Assembly (NCBI GenBank): GCA_963725255.1
Contig: CAVRXV010000005.1
Coordinates: 341,608-405,607, forward strand
Source of the DNA: an uncultured Gammaproteobacteria bacterium
GTDB taxonomy: Bacteria; Pseudomonadota; Gammaproteobacteria; JAIEPX01
Reading direction: 5' to 3'
Length of the DNA: 64,000 bases
The notes under the pieces are model-generated. The model was not told the DNA's origin. It did no database searches and saw only the letters and a program-made list of their open reading frames with translations. The position numbers were made by a program, and so were the translations under genes. Of the stretch, positions 30,435 through 40,241 are shown one piece after another; within the stretch, counting starts at the first letter, position 1, and each line of letters begins with the position of its first letter.

Positions 30435-32921
30435 TTAAAAAAAATTCATTCGAAGTGGTTGCGAAATTTGAGATTCTTCTCCAATTTCGGATTCTACCTT
30501 CATGGTTGCATATCGAGACGTGGGCAGATAGAAAGGTGCATTTCGCACGAATTCAGAATAGGCACGCACATCAGCTTGTAATTGTTGAGTAAGGTAGCTC
30601 TGATGAACCGTCACAGCTGCTCGAAAACCAACACGCATGAGACTATGCACACATTCGCGAGTGAGTGTTTTTTCTAATGCATTCTTTAATTGTTTGCAAG
30701 TTTCAGTTGCGGGATTAAGTGCCTCTGCTGCTTGTAAACACTGCCTGGCTTGTTGCTTACGGTTCATTTTCAAAAAACATAGGCCTTTGATAAACAAAGA
30801 CCGTTCATCTATTGATGTTAAGGATTCACAAGTCTCCACGGCATCACGATAAGCGCCGATATAATAGTGCGCTGTTGCCTTGCCTAAAGTCGCTTCAATA
30901 TTAGTTGGTGCCAAACTCAAACATCTTCGGAAACAGGCTAATGCTTTGAGTGGCTCACTTTGTAGATAGACTTCACCAAGCTGATGCCAGGCGGGCAGTG
31001 ATTTGTCATCAAGTTTCAAAATCATTCCAAGTGCGCTGATGCTCGCCGCTTTATCTTTAGATTGCATGGCTATTGACGCTTGCAGAAAATGGCCTTTTAT
31101 TACTGCTTCACGCTCATCTTCTGTCATTTCGCGGTTTTTGGGTCTCAGATGATTGAAATATCGATCGAGAGAGGCTCGGGCATCTGCAGGTTGCTGGTTT
31201 TGGGTATAGAGACAGGCTAAATTATATATATCACTGGATTGACAGATCCCCCCGCATAGCGCCTCTTGATGTTTGATAGCAGAAGAGATATCTCCTTTTA
31301 GATGATATAAACTCACTAATAGATTTTCGGCATCACGCCAAAGTGCAGGGTCCTTAACATTCTGCTGACACAATTTTTCTAATTCGCACTCCCACTTCGG
31401 ATCATGAGAGTTTGCCAGTTTTTGAGAGTAATACAGTTTCATTTGAAATCGATTTACTTCAGCCTTTTGTTCGCCTCTGGCAAGTCGTTTTGCATTTTTC
31501 AAGGCGGATTCTACTGCTTGAAAATTGGCTCCGGCTTGTGTGGCTTGATGTAAGTGCAGAGTAACATCATGTGGAAATAGTTGTTGCCAACGATCGAGGA
31601 TTTTTTTGGTCGCTGGTTTGCCATAACCCGAGGCTTCAATTTTGGCTTCTGATTTTTTGCGGAATTGTCTATAAGGTTTCATCAATTCATCAAATTTCGA
31701 TTCTTGATCAGATGTCCTTATCGCTGGTAAAAAATCTTCAGGGGACATTTGTGTTGCAGCAAATGCAAATGCTTCCAAGGTAAATTGTGATGGTGGGTCG
31801 TCTGAATGAGAATTACGTGACTGCAACAAATCTTGCTGTACCATTCTTTGCTTTTCTTTCAAATGTTTCTCAGATCCTTTCCAAATTTCTCTAGCATTCC
31901 AAACAGAAAATTCACCTTCTGATGCCGATTGCAATTTCAAGAGATCAAGTTCAAATTGAATTTGTGCTCGGGTATTTTCATCTGCACCATATGCTAAATA
32001 TTTCGCACGCAGTGATGTCTTAATATTACCGACGAGTGGTGTTTCTGTTATCGCAAAGGCTAATAATGCCAGTCCTCCAAGGATTGGATCAGATGTTTTC
32101 GCATAAGCGAAATACGATAATTTACCCGTACGTTCATCTAATTTGAGGTGAATCCCTCCCCCACTCACGAGATTCTGAGCAGGTGAGGGTGGTGTAGGGA
32201 TTGCATTTCTCGAAAGAGGTGATGCAGGGCTTGGAATAAATTTCACAGATGATGTCGGTGGTGAGGTAGAGGCTACTGCAGGGATCGGCGTTCTGCCTTC
32301 GAATACAAAATCAAATACTTTTTCTTTTGTTTGGCTGATGCATTGACTCACCCAATGTAAAGGGTATGTCACTTTTTCAAAAGCGCGATAAAGGATATCT
32401 CCTGTCATTGCGCTTTCACCAGCAAGATATCCCTCTTCAAATAGTCTGGCATCAAAAAAGCGATTCGCTTCTTCTAGTGAACGTTGCAAATTACTTTCAT
32501 GAGCGCTTCGATGATTCTCTAACACAATGTGAAGCAATCTACCGCCTTCGACCACAATAAGGACTTTGCTAATGGACAAACCGAGTAATTTGTCGACGAA
32601 AAATTGGGCCCCGAAATCTACCGTGGCATCGATGGCCGTTTTTCCGAATCCTCGCTTAAATTCACCTTCCTCGTAAGTATTTAAAAACAAAAAAGGCCCG
32701 TGTTTTAAAACGACGAATTTAAATCGAAGACCGACTTGAACTAAAAGCGCGGGATATACGAGAGGAGGACTTTTTAATACGTCATGTACCAAGGTGCGAG
32801 TGATGTCTGGCATATTGGCTTCACGATAAAACCACATCCGAGCTTGATCGATACCTTCTTGATAGGCGCTCGCCGCCGCATCTTGCAAAACAGCTTCTAC
32901 CGTATCTTCTTCTATTCGCAT
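30435..32921 (-). CDS. TPR-repeat protein
   Basis: 828 aa; IYNLACLY, AWHQLGEVY..ALACFRRCLSLAP, LFIKGLCF; Pro/Ser-rich linker. Confidence 0.8.
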   Translation of the reverse strand: MRIEEDTVEAVLQDAAASAYQEGIDQARMWFYREANMPDITRTLVHDVLKSPPLVYPALLVQVGLRFKFVVLKHGPFLFLNTYEEGEFKRGFGKTAIDATVDFGAQFFVDKLLGLSISKVLIVVEGGRLLHIVLENHRSAHESNLQRSLEEANRFFDARLFEEGYLAGESAMTGDILYRAFEKVTYPLHWVSQCISQTKEKVFDFVFEGRTPIPAVASTSPPTSSVKFIPSPASPLSRNAIPTPPSPAQNLVSGGGIHLKLDERTGKLSYFAYAKTSDPILGGLALLAFAITETPLVGNIKTSLRAKYLAYGADENTRAQIQFELDLLKLQSASEGEFSVWNAREIWKGSEKHLKEKQRMVQQDLLQSRNSHSDDPPSQFTLEAFAFAATQMSPEDFLPAIRTSDQESKFDELMKPYRQFRKKSEAKIEASGYGKPATKKILDRWQQLFPHDVTLHLHQATQAGANFQAVESALKNAKRLARGEQKAEVNRFQMKLYYSQKLANSHDPKWECELEKLCQQNVKDPALWRDAENLLVSLYHLKGDISSAIKHQEALCGGICQSSDIYNLACLYTQNQQPADARASLDRYFNHLRPKNREMTEDEREAVIKGHFLQASIAMQSKDKAASISALGMILKLDDKSLPAWHQLGEVYLQSEPLKALACFRRCLSLAPTNIEATLGKATAHYYIGAYRDAVETCESLTSIDERSLFIKGLCFLKMNRKQQARQCLQAAEALNPATETCKQLKNALEKTLTRECVHSLMRVGFRAAVTVHQSYLTQQLQADVRAYSEFVRNAPFYLPTSRYATMKVESEIGEESQISQPLRMNFF

Positions 32922-33241
32922 TTGTGATCCTCGCTTTAGGGAAGCAGATCCTGTGAAGTAACGATTTCAGTGTCACACTAGATCATATTACGAAAAGGCG
33001 ATGATAAAATCAATGCCACATCGTGATATAATTGCTTACAACAGTACACGCAAATTTATAATAGTGTACATTTTAAGTGAGTTTAGATACTTATAAAGCG
33101 CCATAATATTATGACGACTAAACTAGCGTGAATAATTGAAATGTACTTAAACAAATTAAGTTGATTTCATCTTAAAAGAGTATGGCCAACACTATTTGGT
33201 ATTTAGACTTGTTTCTGAAATTTTGACAAAGGTAAATATCT

Positions 33242-33510
33242 ATGGCTAAGCGATCAACACAATGGCATCAGCAACTTGAAAGGAAGGTAATGAATGATCC
33301 TGAAGCCCGTTCTGAATATGAATTTTATATGATTCAACTGGAGCTTTCTGAGAAGATGAAAAGTGCCCGAACTAAAGCATATCTGACTCAAGAAAATATT
33401 GCAGAAAAAATGAATACTAAAAAACCTGAATAACGCGATTAGAAGCTGCGGGTGGAAAAGACGGGCATTCCCTTTCGTTACTAATTTTGATTAAATATGC
33501 GGATGCTTAG
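33242..33510 (+). pseudogene. XRE/HigA-like HTH antitoxin, frameshifted
   Basis: LTQENIAEKMNTKKPE stop; continuation TRLEAAGGKDGHSLSL..KYADA in another frame. Confidence 0.7.
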
Positions 33511-33601
33511 GGATGCAAATTAGATTTGTTCCAATCAGGCCAAGACATCATAGTTAATATTAATGGATGCCACAGATGTGGTAGTGAAACCAAGAAAAAT
33601 A

Positions 33602-33651
33602 TTGCATTAATCTCCAATAATATGTATATTGTGCATATTATTGGAGATTAA
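33602..33651 (+). promoter_or_regulatory. 18-bp perfect inverted-repeat operator overlapping a promoter
   Basis: TTAATCTCCAATAATATG / CATATTATTGGAGATTAA; TTGCAT-17-TATATT. Confidence 0.78.
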
Positions 33652-33656
33652 AACTC

Positions 33657-34472
33657 ATGGATGTAGATGCTTTTTTTTATGCCAATCCTGTGTTCCGTCA
33701 CGATGAGTTCGTGGCTTGGAAGACACGGCAGAAAGCCCTTAAAGCGATTTCGATTAATACATCGATTCAGCATTATATATCAACAGGGAAATTGATTCGA
33801 ATAAGGCGTGAGCTATACGCAGTGGCACCACCTGATAGCCTTCCTGAAAATGTATCAATTGATTCCTATTTAATTGCCGGTCGGGCTTCTCAAGATAGTA
33901 TATTAGGGTATCATACAGCTCTCGAGTTGCATGGTGCTGCTTATTCATCATTTGGACAATCCACTTATCTTACTCAACATAAGAACAAACCATTTGAATT
34001 TCGCCGACAATGGTTTCATGCAACAGCGCATCCTATCGAACTTATAAAGCAAAATAACATCAATACAAATACTACAAAAATAAATCGTCAAGGTATGGAA
34101 ATATATTTAACCAATCGCGAACGAACGTATGTTGATATCCTAGATCGGATCGAATTAAGTGGAGGTTGGGAAGAGGTTTGTCGAGGATTACAATTTTTAG
34201 CTGTGGTCGATATTGATTTGATCATCGAATATTGCTTAATGTTGAATAATGCACGACTCGCTGCAACTGTTGGATATTTTTTGGAGAAAAGGGAAGGAAC
34301 GTTCAAAGCAACTGATAAACAGTTGAATCGTTTGTTATCAGTAAAACCAAAAAAACCGCAATATACGTCACGTCGCGAAAATGATACATTTGAACTGGTA
34401 AAAAAGTGGAATATTTTATTACCACGTTCAGTCATAAATGAATCATGGGAGGAGCCAAATGTTGATGTCTAA
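33657..34472 (+). CDS. AbiEi-family antitoxin / transcriptional regulator
   Basis: IRRELY, LGYHTALELHG, TNRERTYVD, GGWEEV, GYFLE, KWNILLP. Confidence 0.85.
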   Translation: MDVDAFFYANPVFRHDEFVAWKTRQKALKAISINTSIQHYISTGKLIRIRRELYAVAPPDSLPENVSIDSYLIAGRASQDSILGYHTALELHGAAYSSFGQSTYLTQHKNKPFEFRRQWFHATAHPIELIKQNNINTNTTKINRQGMEIYLTNRERTYVDILDRIELSGGWEEVCRGLQFLAVVDIDLIIEYCLMLNNARLAATVGYFLEKREGTFKATDKQLNRLLSVKPKKPQYTSRRENDTFELVKKWNILLPRSVINESWEEPNVDV

Positions 34473-34590
34473 GGAAGAATTGATGAAAGAAGCCAAAAAC
34501 CAGAATTACAAGCCAGAATATTAGAGAAAGTATATCTTTTATTGAATGTGTTTCTACAATTTCTTGAAGATCTATTGGTGTTAAAATAGT
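34459..34590 (+). pseudogene. Truncated AbiEii toxin remnant
   Basis: MLMSKEELMKEAKNQNYKPE then frameshift to LEKVYLLLNVF, typical of an AbiEii N-terminus; stops soon after. Confidence 0.6.
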
Positions 34591-34711
34591 TATGACTTAT
34601 AGTGAGTACTACTTTAAACTTATTTAACTTCGACGTAGTTTGACAAAAATTACACAATATACCTATACTTTAAACTAGATAAGGTTCTCCAATCATAGAA
34701 ATGGAAAATGC

Positions 34712-35563
34712 ATGACATCGTTACCATTGTGGCTGCAGGTTATTGCTTTTATAGGCGGTATAGCTGGTATACTTTCGACAATTTACCAATTATGGTTTGC
34801 TTTTATTGGTGCAAAAGTTAATTTGAGATTGACAAACGATTTTTTCTTTCGAATTATAGACATGGGTGAGTGTTTGTTTATTAGGTCAGTATTAATTGCT
34901 GAACATGAAAATGCCTTAATTACGAATATTCAAGCATATTTGAGTCGAATAAATCCAGAAAATACAAAGAAGTGGGAGCTTGAATTCTTAAAATTCGGAG
35001 AAGTATTGTCAGACAACAAGAATGTTGAACCAAGTTTCTCCTTTCAATCATCAAGTCCATTCAAGTTTTTAGCTAAGGGATTGCCAGTACAGGCTGTATA
35101 TTTGGCGCGTCCAAAGAGCTATGCCAATGAATATTCAGAAATCATTAAAAATTTTCACCAATCTGTGCAGCTAATTAAAAATAAAGTTTCAAAAAATATA
35201 AATAACCAAGATCAAAATAAAGATAGTCAAGCTTTCGTAAATGATATATTAGCTGAAACACGTAAACTTTCTGATCAATTTGCAGACCAGTTATACGATA
35301 AAGTTCAATTAGAACACGGTAGGTATCAAATTGATCTTATCATGACTTATAAAAGCATTAAGGGAGTTAGTTCATATTTTAATAGGCATGTGCGGGCATC
35401 AATATATTCATTTGAAATTGAAAATAATGCAAGAGAAATGATAAAATTAGCACTTCCAGACGCTGTTTTTAATTCCGCACTCAATAGTATATTTAATATT
35501 AACAATAATATTATCTATCCTGAAATTAGACCAATTCAAATAACCGAGGATGATGCAGTATGA
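34712..35563 (+). CDS. Hypothetical protein with N-terminal TM anchor
   Basis: 283 aa, AT-rich; TTGACA-18-TATACT at 34640-34669. Confidence 0.7.
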   Translation: MTSLPLWLQVIAFIGGIAGILSTIYQLWFAFIGAKVNLRLTNDFFFRIIDMGECLFIRSVLIAEHENALITNIQAYLSRINPENTKKWELEFLKFGEVLSDNKNVEPSFSFQSSSPFKFLAKGLPVQAVYLARPKSYANEYSEIIKNFHQSVQLIKNKVSKNINNQDQNKDSQAFVNDILAETRKLSDQFADQLYDKVQLEHGRYQIDLIMTYKSIKGVSSYFNRHVRASIYSFEIENNAREMIKLALPDAVFNSALNSIFNINNNIIYPEIRPIQITEDDAV

Positions 35564-35862
35564 ACAGAGTTTTTAGGTTGAATGGTAAGTATTTTGGATA
35601 TATTCATAATGGGTGCTTGTTTACACGGGCTGGAAACTATCTCGGTTGGCTGAAAGAAAAGGAGGTGTGGAAGAGTAATGGGCATTTTTTAGGCGTGTTG
35701 ACTGATGATGCTTATATTCTTAAAAGTCAAATGAGTATCCCGCCAATACCTAAGCTTCCAAAAATTCCACCGCTTCCAACGATACCTCCAATTCCAGCAA
35801 TAAATAGAGTTGGTAAGATACCTAAATTGGGTTGGATAGATGCATTGGACGAATATGATTAA
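35560..35862 (+). CDS. Beta-flower-like small protein with Pro-rich tail
   Basis: Repeated (F/W)xxxGxY(F/L)Gx hairpins, then a PPIP-repeat tail and GW; ATGA-coupled to the upstream gene. Confidence 0.7.
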   Translation: MNRVFRLNGKYFGYIHNGCLFTRAGNYLGWLKEKEVWKSNGHFLGVLTDDAYILKSQMSIPPIPKLPKIPPLPTIPPIPAINRVGKIPKLGWIDALDEYD

Positions 35863-36232
35863 TTGATTAAAGTGGCTATAAGTATAGAAACCAAAATTTG
35901 ACTGTATGAATAAATTATCTATAATATTTATAGATGATTTGAAAATGGTTAGATATCTCAAAGCAATTAAAGCATCAGACAATGGGGGGTAATCACACAA
36001 CATTAAGTAAATTAGTGCTATAGCTTATATAGTTCACTTCCTCAAAATTGCTCACGAACATACGTAGGACTATTAAATTCCAGCACCCCAATAATTTTTC
36101 ATATTCACGTTTTCAACGGTCTAGTAGATGAATTCCTTGAGTTTTTTGCTTCTAATAAATTTTATATCTTGTTTTCTACATCAAAATGGCAAATCATATG
36201 AAATCGATGATGTGATATATTGCTTTGTTATT

Positions 36233-38449
36233 TCATCCTAGCATTACTCTGGCTATAGTTTCATCTAGCTCACTTAAAATAGCGTGACATCTTTCAAAAT
36301 CGCGTTTTGGCTTGTCCTCTGATTTTGTGAGAGTAAATCCAATCGTGTCTCCTTTATCAATGAATTTAAAAAACTTATTTGAGTTTTGTCCAAGTTTTGC
36401 TTTAACAGCACCCCACTTTTTATCTCTTGGTTCGCTTAACGATTGTTTTGAGATTTCAACATGCATACCTTGATCTGATAATTTTTTACTAAATGATCCA
36501 AGATTAAGGCGAGTTTGAGTAATTTGTGCTTTTGTCGGCCACGCCACTTGTGCTGAATTAATTGGAGCGAATGTATGATTAGCTAACTCAATTTGAAATG
36601 CATTATCAAAATGGGTGAATTGATGATAATGAATGCCGCCTGGTGCTGAAATTAACTTCCAAGAACCCCCGTCCTTTTTCCATTGAAAACCTGTAGGCGG
36701 GCTATCTGTGTAGTAACCATAAATGGCTTTTTCAGTATGTGAGTCACCTACGTTGTCTTGTGCAACCTGAAATGAATAGTTCCTTGGATCATACATAAAA
36801 TCTTTAATGTATTGAGAACGGCCACCCTCATTACCATATGAAATACAACCAGATAGTTTATATCTATTATATATAGAATTTGGGCCGTTAATTTTTGCTA
36901 TTTTAAGTTGTTTGTCATCTTCTTCTCTTGCCGCCTTACCTCGGCCGCGTATGTTATTGTTTACATTAGCTAATCGTTTTTGTTTGTAAGATGGATCCCC
37001 ATCCGCTCCAAATCTCCAAAAACAAATTGCGGGAATCTTATGTCCCATATGTATTTCTAAATCTTTTTCAGAAAATAGTAGTTTTGTATAGGCGCGCTTG
37101 TCAGCATTTTGATCACTATAAAGCTTAACAAACCAGTACTCGTCATATTGTTTATCATTAATTAATTTTTCGATATCATTGAACTCTTTTATAATAAAAT
37201 TCCGCTGCTTTTTCGTGGCCTTCGTTAGAAATTGTAAACCTTTAGTTTTTTTTATTTTAAAATTGACACTATTGCTTTCATAATAAAACTTTGCTTTATT
37301 GTTGTTATAAAACCGTAATAATACTTGTCTTGCTGTAGAAGTTAATTTTGGCTGTTTACCAGCTTTTACCGTAGGATTACCCCCAAGTGCAGAGTCTCTT
37401 TGGTCGCCGCTTTCTTCTTCCTCGCTTAAAGCCTCAACCATCGTCGAAAAATGATTAAAGGAGTAATCAAAATCTGAAGGACCATTTTTGTATTGTAAAT
37501 GCTGTAAATATGGAGAAGTTAATATGATTTGTTCTAGCAATACACCCGTTCTAATTTTACCAGCTAGAAGGCTATCTGAACGCTTACAGTGTAAAGCAAA
37601 CATACGTCCATCAGATCCTATATATGGCGAACCACTATCACCTGGTTCAGTATCAAAAGTTGTGATTTCAGACAGTTGCTCAAATTGAGTGATTGTTTTC
37701 GGGCCAATTAATGTGTTTTGCCAGTTTACTAGAGCAATATCACAGACGGCTGCAGGTGCTTGTGCCATGGCAATAAAAGCTGGATATTGGTTTTCATCAG
37801 GAATAGAGTCATATTGTTCAAGATCTAAAATTTGAATTTCAGCAATAATGTAATCTTGTTTAAAATTTGCTCCGTCTTCAATCAATCCCATTTGATAGAA
37901 CAGTTTTGTTGCTGGGCTATACAATATAAAGCGACCAATTGGGGATTCATTAAAAATATGTCTTGCAGATATCATGTGACGTTTACCTATCACAGTAGCA
38001 TAACCAATTTGCTGAACATATCCGGAAAACAGCTCTTTTGACATTATTTGAGGATCAGATAACGTTGTAAACTGTAACCCATTGTACACTATGAGAACTC
38101 TTCGTCGTGCTCTTTGAATGTGTTGATTATTTGGTGATGGAATACCAGTTGCATCTCCATCCTGCATCGCAGAGGCAAACTGTACTGGCGGTTTTAGAGA
38201 TGGGTCTAATGTTCCTACTGGTTCACTTGAAGACGTTTTTAATTTTAATAGCCTGATTTGCGCATTCAATCTTGATAACACAATTGAAGCTAATGGAGTT
38301 TTGGAGCTATTCAAATATTTAACAACATCTATTGAAAGATCACTATTTTCATTTATACATGCTGCAAATGAATCAATAGCACTCTTTAATTGTCCTTCAC
38401 TTAAGCTTCTGCAGCCTAAATTAAAGCACTCTAAAGCTCTATCATGCAT
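36233..38449 (-). CDS. Trypsin-like serine protease fused to a putative GH-E-like HNH nuclease
   Basis: ISARH / DYII / DTEPGDSGSP triad; HMGHKIP...FMYDPRNY..Q...N..DSH.E. Confidence 0.65.
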   Translation of the reverse strand: MHDRALECFNLGCRSLSEGQLKSAIDSFAACINENSDLSIDVVKYLNSSKTPLASIVLSRLNAQIRLLKLKTSSSEPVGTLDPSLKPPVQFASAMQDGDATGIPSPNNQHIQRARRRVLIVYNGLQFTTLSDPQIMSKELFSGYVQQIGYATVIGKRHMISARHIFNESPIGRFILYSPATKLFYQMGLIEDGANFKQDYIIAEIQILDLEQYDSIPDENQYPAFIAMAQAPAAVCDIALVNWQNTLIGPKTITQFEQLSEITTFDTEPGDSGSPYIGSDGRMFALHCKRSDSLLAGKIRTGVLLEQIILTSPYLQHLQYKNGPSDFDYSFNHFSTMVEALSEEEESGDQRDSALGGNPTVKAGKQPKLTSTARQVLLRFYNNNKAKFYYESNSVNFKIKKTKGLQFLTKATKKQRNFIIKEFNDIEKLINDKQYDEYWFVKLYSDQNADKRAYTKLLFSEKDLEIHMGHKIPAICFWRFGADGDPSYKQKRLANVNNNIRGRGKAAREEDDKQLKIAKINGPNSIYNRYKLSGCISYGNEGGRSQYIKDFMYDPRNYSFQVAQDNVGDSHTEKAIYGYYTDSPPTGFQWKKDGGSWKLISAPGGIHYHQFTHFDNAFQIELANHTFAPINSAQVAWPTKAQITQTRLNLGSFSKKLSDQGMHVEISKQSLSEPRDKKWGAVKAKLGQNSNKFFKFIDKGDTIGFTLTKSEDKPKRDFERCHAILSELDETIARVMLG

Positions 38450-38647
38450 GATCTACTCCTTACGCTTAGTACAGCTATACTATATAAAATAATTTTGATT
38501 TTGTAAATTATTGAATACAATTGTAGCAATTGTTGAGAGGTGTCTAAGATTTGGCCAACTAACTTTTAATGAACTTATATGCATATCCATGCATAATTTT
38601 ATTGATAATAAAGAATCAATCAGAGAATACTCTCATAAAATTCAACT

Positions 38648-40033
38648 TTAAAAATTCAAGCTATTTTCTTCCTGAACTAAAAATATCGTTTGAGGACGCA
38701 ATTGTGTGGTTTCTTTTCCGATGCGTTCTTGAGTCGTCAGATCCCTAACACAGGTATCGAAGAAACGATGGGGCTCGGCTAATTTTGGTTGAAAGACTCG
38801 TAGTGCAAAATAGTTATCTGTGGTTGTTCCATCTACAAGATATCGCTTATCAGATAGATTGACTGGTTGGACAGGTGTTTTATCATGAAAAATAGAAATT
38901 TCATATTTATGCTGGACTGAAGCGACGAATTGGTTGATGGAAGTAGCTTGGTGTAATATATTATTTAATTCATCATGAAAAGATTTTTCAGAGGGTGAAT
39001 TTGTTGTTTCACCGGTTACAATTCCAGTTGTAGCAGTTGTTGGTTTTAGAAAGAGGTTCACGGCACCACAATGTCCATTCTCTACAGTATTAATCCTGCT
39101 TCTAAATATTACATATTTATTTGGAGTTCTGAGTAGTAACTGTAAATCTAGCCAATTAAATTCAGAGCTATAATATTCACTTTCAGAGTTATCTGATTTT
39201 CGATATCCCCAGATACCTTCAGGTAAACAGGGTTCAACATTCAGATGCCTTCGTAAACCTGCTGTTCGTTCAATAGCTTCTAGTGTCTGGCTACAAGTCA
39301 GCCATTCATGTAAACCGGAATTCCAATTTTCCCCCGCTAGTCCTACAGCCTCAACTCTCAGCATATCATGCAGCCATTTCATATTAGATATTTGCTTTTT
39401 CTTCTTTTCTTCAGTTGTTAAAGTAGTATTTAAGAACGTAAGCAGTTTGATAAGTGGCTGTTTTAAATCTGTATCCCTATATAATATTGCGCATCGTCGT
39501 AAATAGATATATGTTTTGAAAACTTTAATTCTACTGCTAATATATTTGTGACCATCTTTAAGATTATTGAATCGGTTTCTCAATCCAGCATCATTCATAT
39601 AAAAATCAATGCTTCTTTTCATTTTTTCTTTTTGTACTTGAAATGGTGTTAAAGAGGGCTGTTCTTTTCTAATGTCATCCTCTGAAAAAATTGATCGGCA
39701 AATTTCATCATTTTCAAAAATGTCATCCCATAAGTCAGAATCATAATCTAAATCCTGAATAATAGATTGAATAACTTCTCTGGTTAATGCTGCTGATTTT
39801 TCATCATACTGGCCGTGTTTGATTAATATATTGACAAAGCGTAAATTATCTTCATTTAAAAGCTTAAGATTCATTCCAAAGCCACTGACACCTGGTCTGT
39901 ACCAAAAGCCATGTCTTGGATCTTGCTTAATCTTTATTACAGGTTCTTGAGGGGCTTTGGCATAGAAGTGTAATGGTTTGACTTCGCTAGCAGAGGTTTG
40001 CTGCATTGGATTGTGTGATGCCCGTTCTTCCAT
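38648..40033 (-). CDS. Hypothetical protein with His-rich putative nuclease-toxin domain
   Basis: SGLHEWL, LRTP..VIF, GHCG, FHDEL; AGGAG RBS before MEER. Confidence 0.55.
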   Translation of the reverse strand: MEERASHNPMQQTSASEVKPLHFYAKAPQEPVIKIKQDPRHGFWYRPGVSGFGMNLKLLNEDNLRFVNILIKHGQYDEKSAALTREVIQSIIQDLDYDSDLWDDIFENDEICRSIFSEDDIRKEQPSLTPFQVQKEKMKRSIDFYMNDAGLRNRFNNLKDGHKYISSRIKVFKTYIYLRRCAILYRDTDLKQPLIKLLTFLNTTLTTEEKKKKQISNMKWLHDMLRVEAVGLAGENWNSGLHEWLTCSQTLEAIERTAGLRRHLNVEPCLPEGIWGYRKSDNSESEYYSSEFNWLDLQLLLRTPNKYVIFRSRINTVENGHCGAVNLFLKPTTATTGIVTGETTNSPSEKSFHDELNNILHQATSINQFVASVQHKYEISIFHDKTPVQPVNLSDKRYLVDGTTTDNYFALRVFQPKLAEPHRFFDTCVRDLTTQERIGKETTQLRPQTIFLVQEENSLNF

Positions 40034-40241
40034 GTCAAATCTCCTAATGTCAAGCATGTGCGCATTGTACCTGAAAAATTGATTTAAGTCCTAGTTAAAA
40101 AGCTCATTCACTACAGTTTGTTCGGTCAATTACCTAATTTGGCTACACCTTTGAAGGGAAAAACTTTATTGATGTATGAGAACATGGTTGCTTAATTTAG
40201 ATGACCAAAGTAATATCAAAGAAAACTCGAGGTGTACGAAT

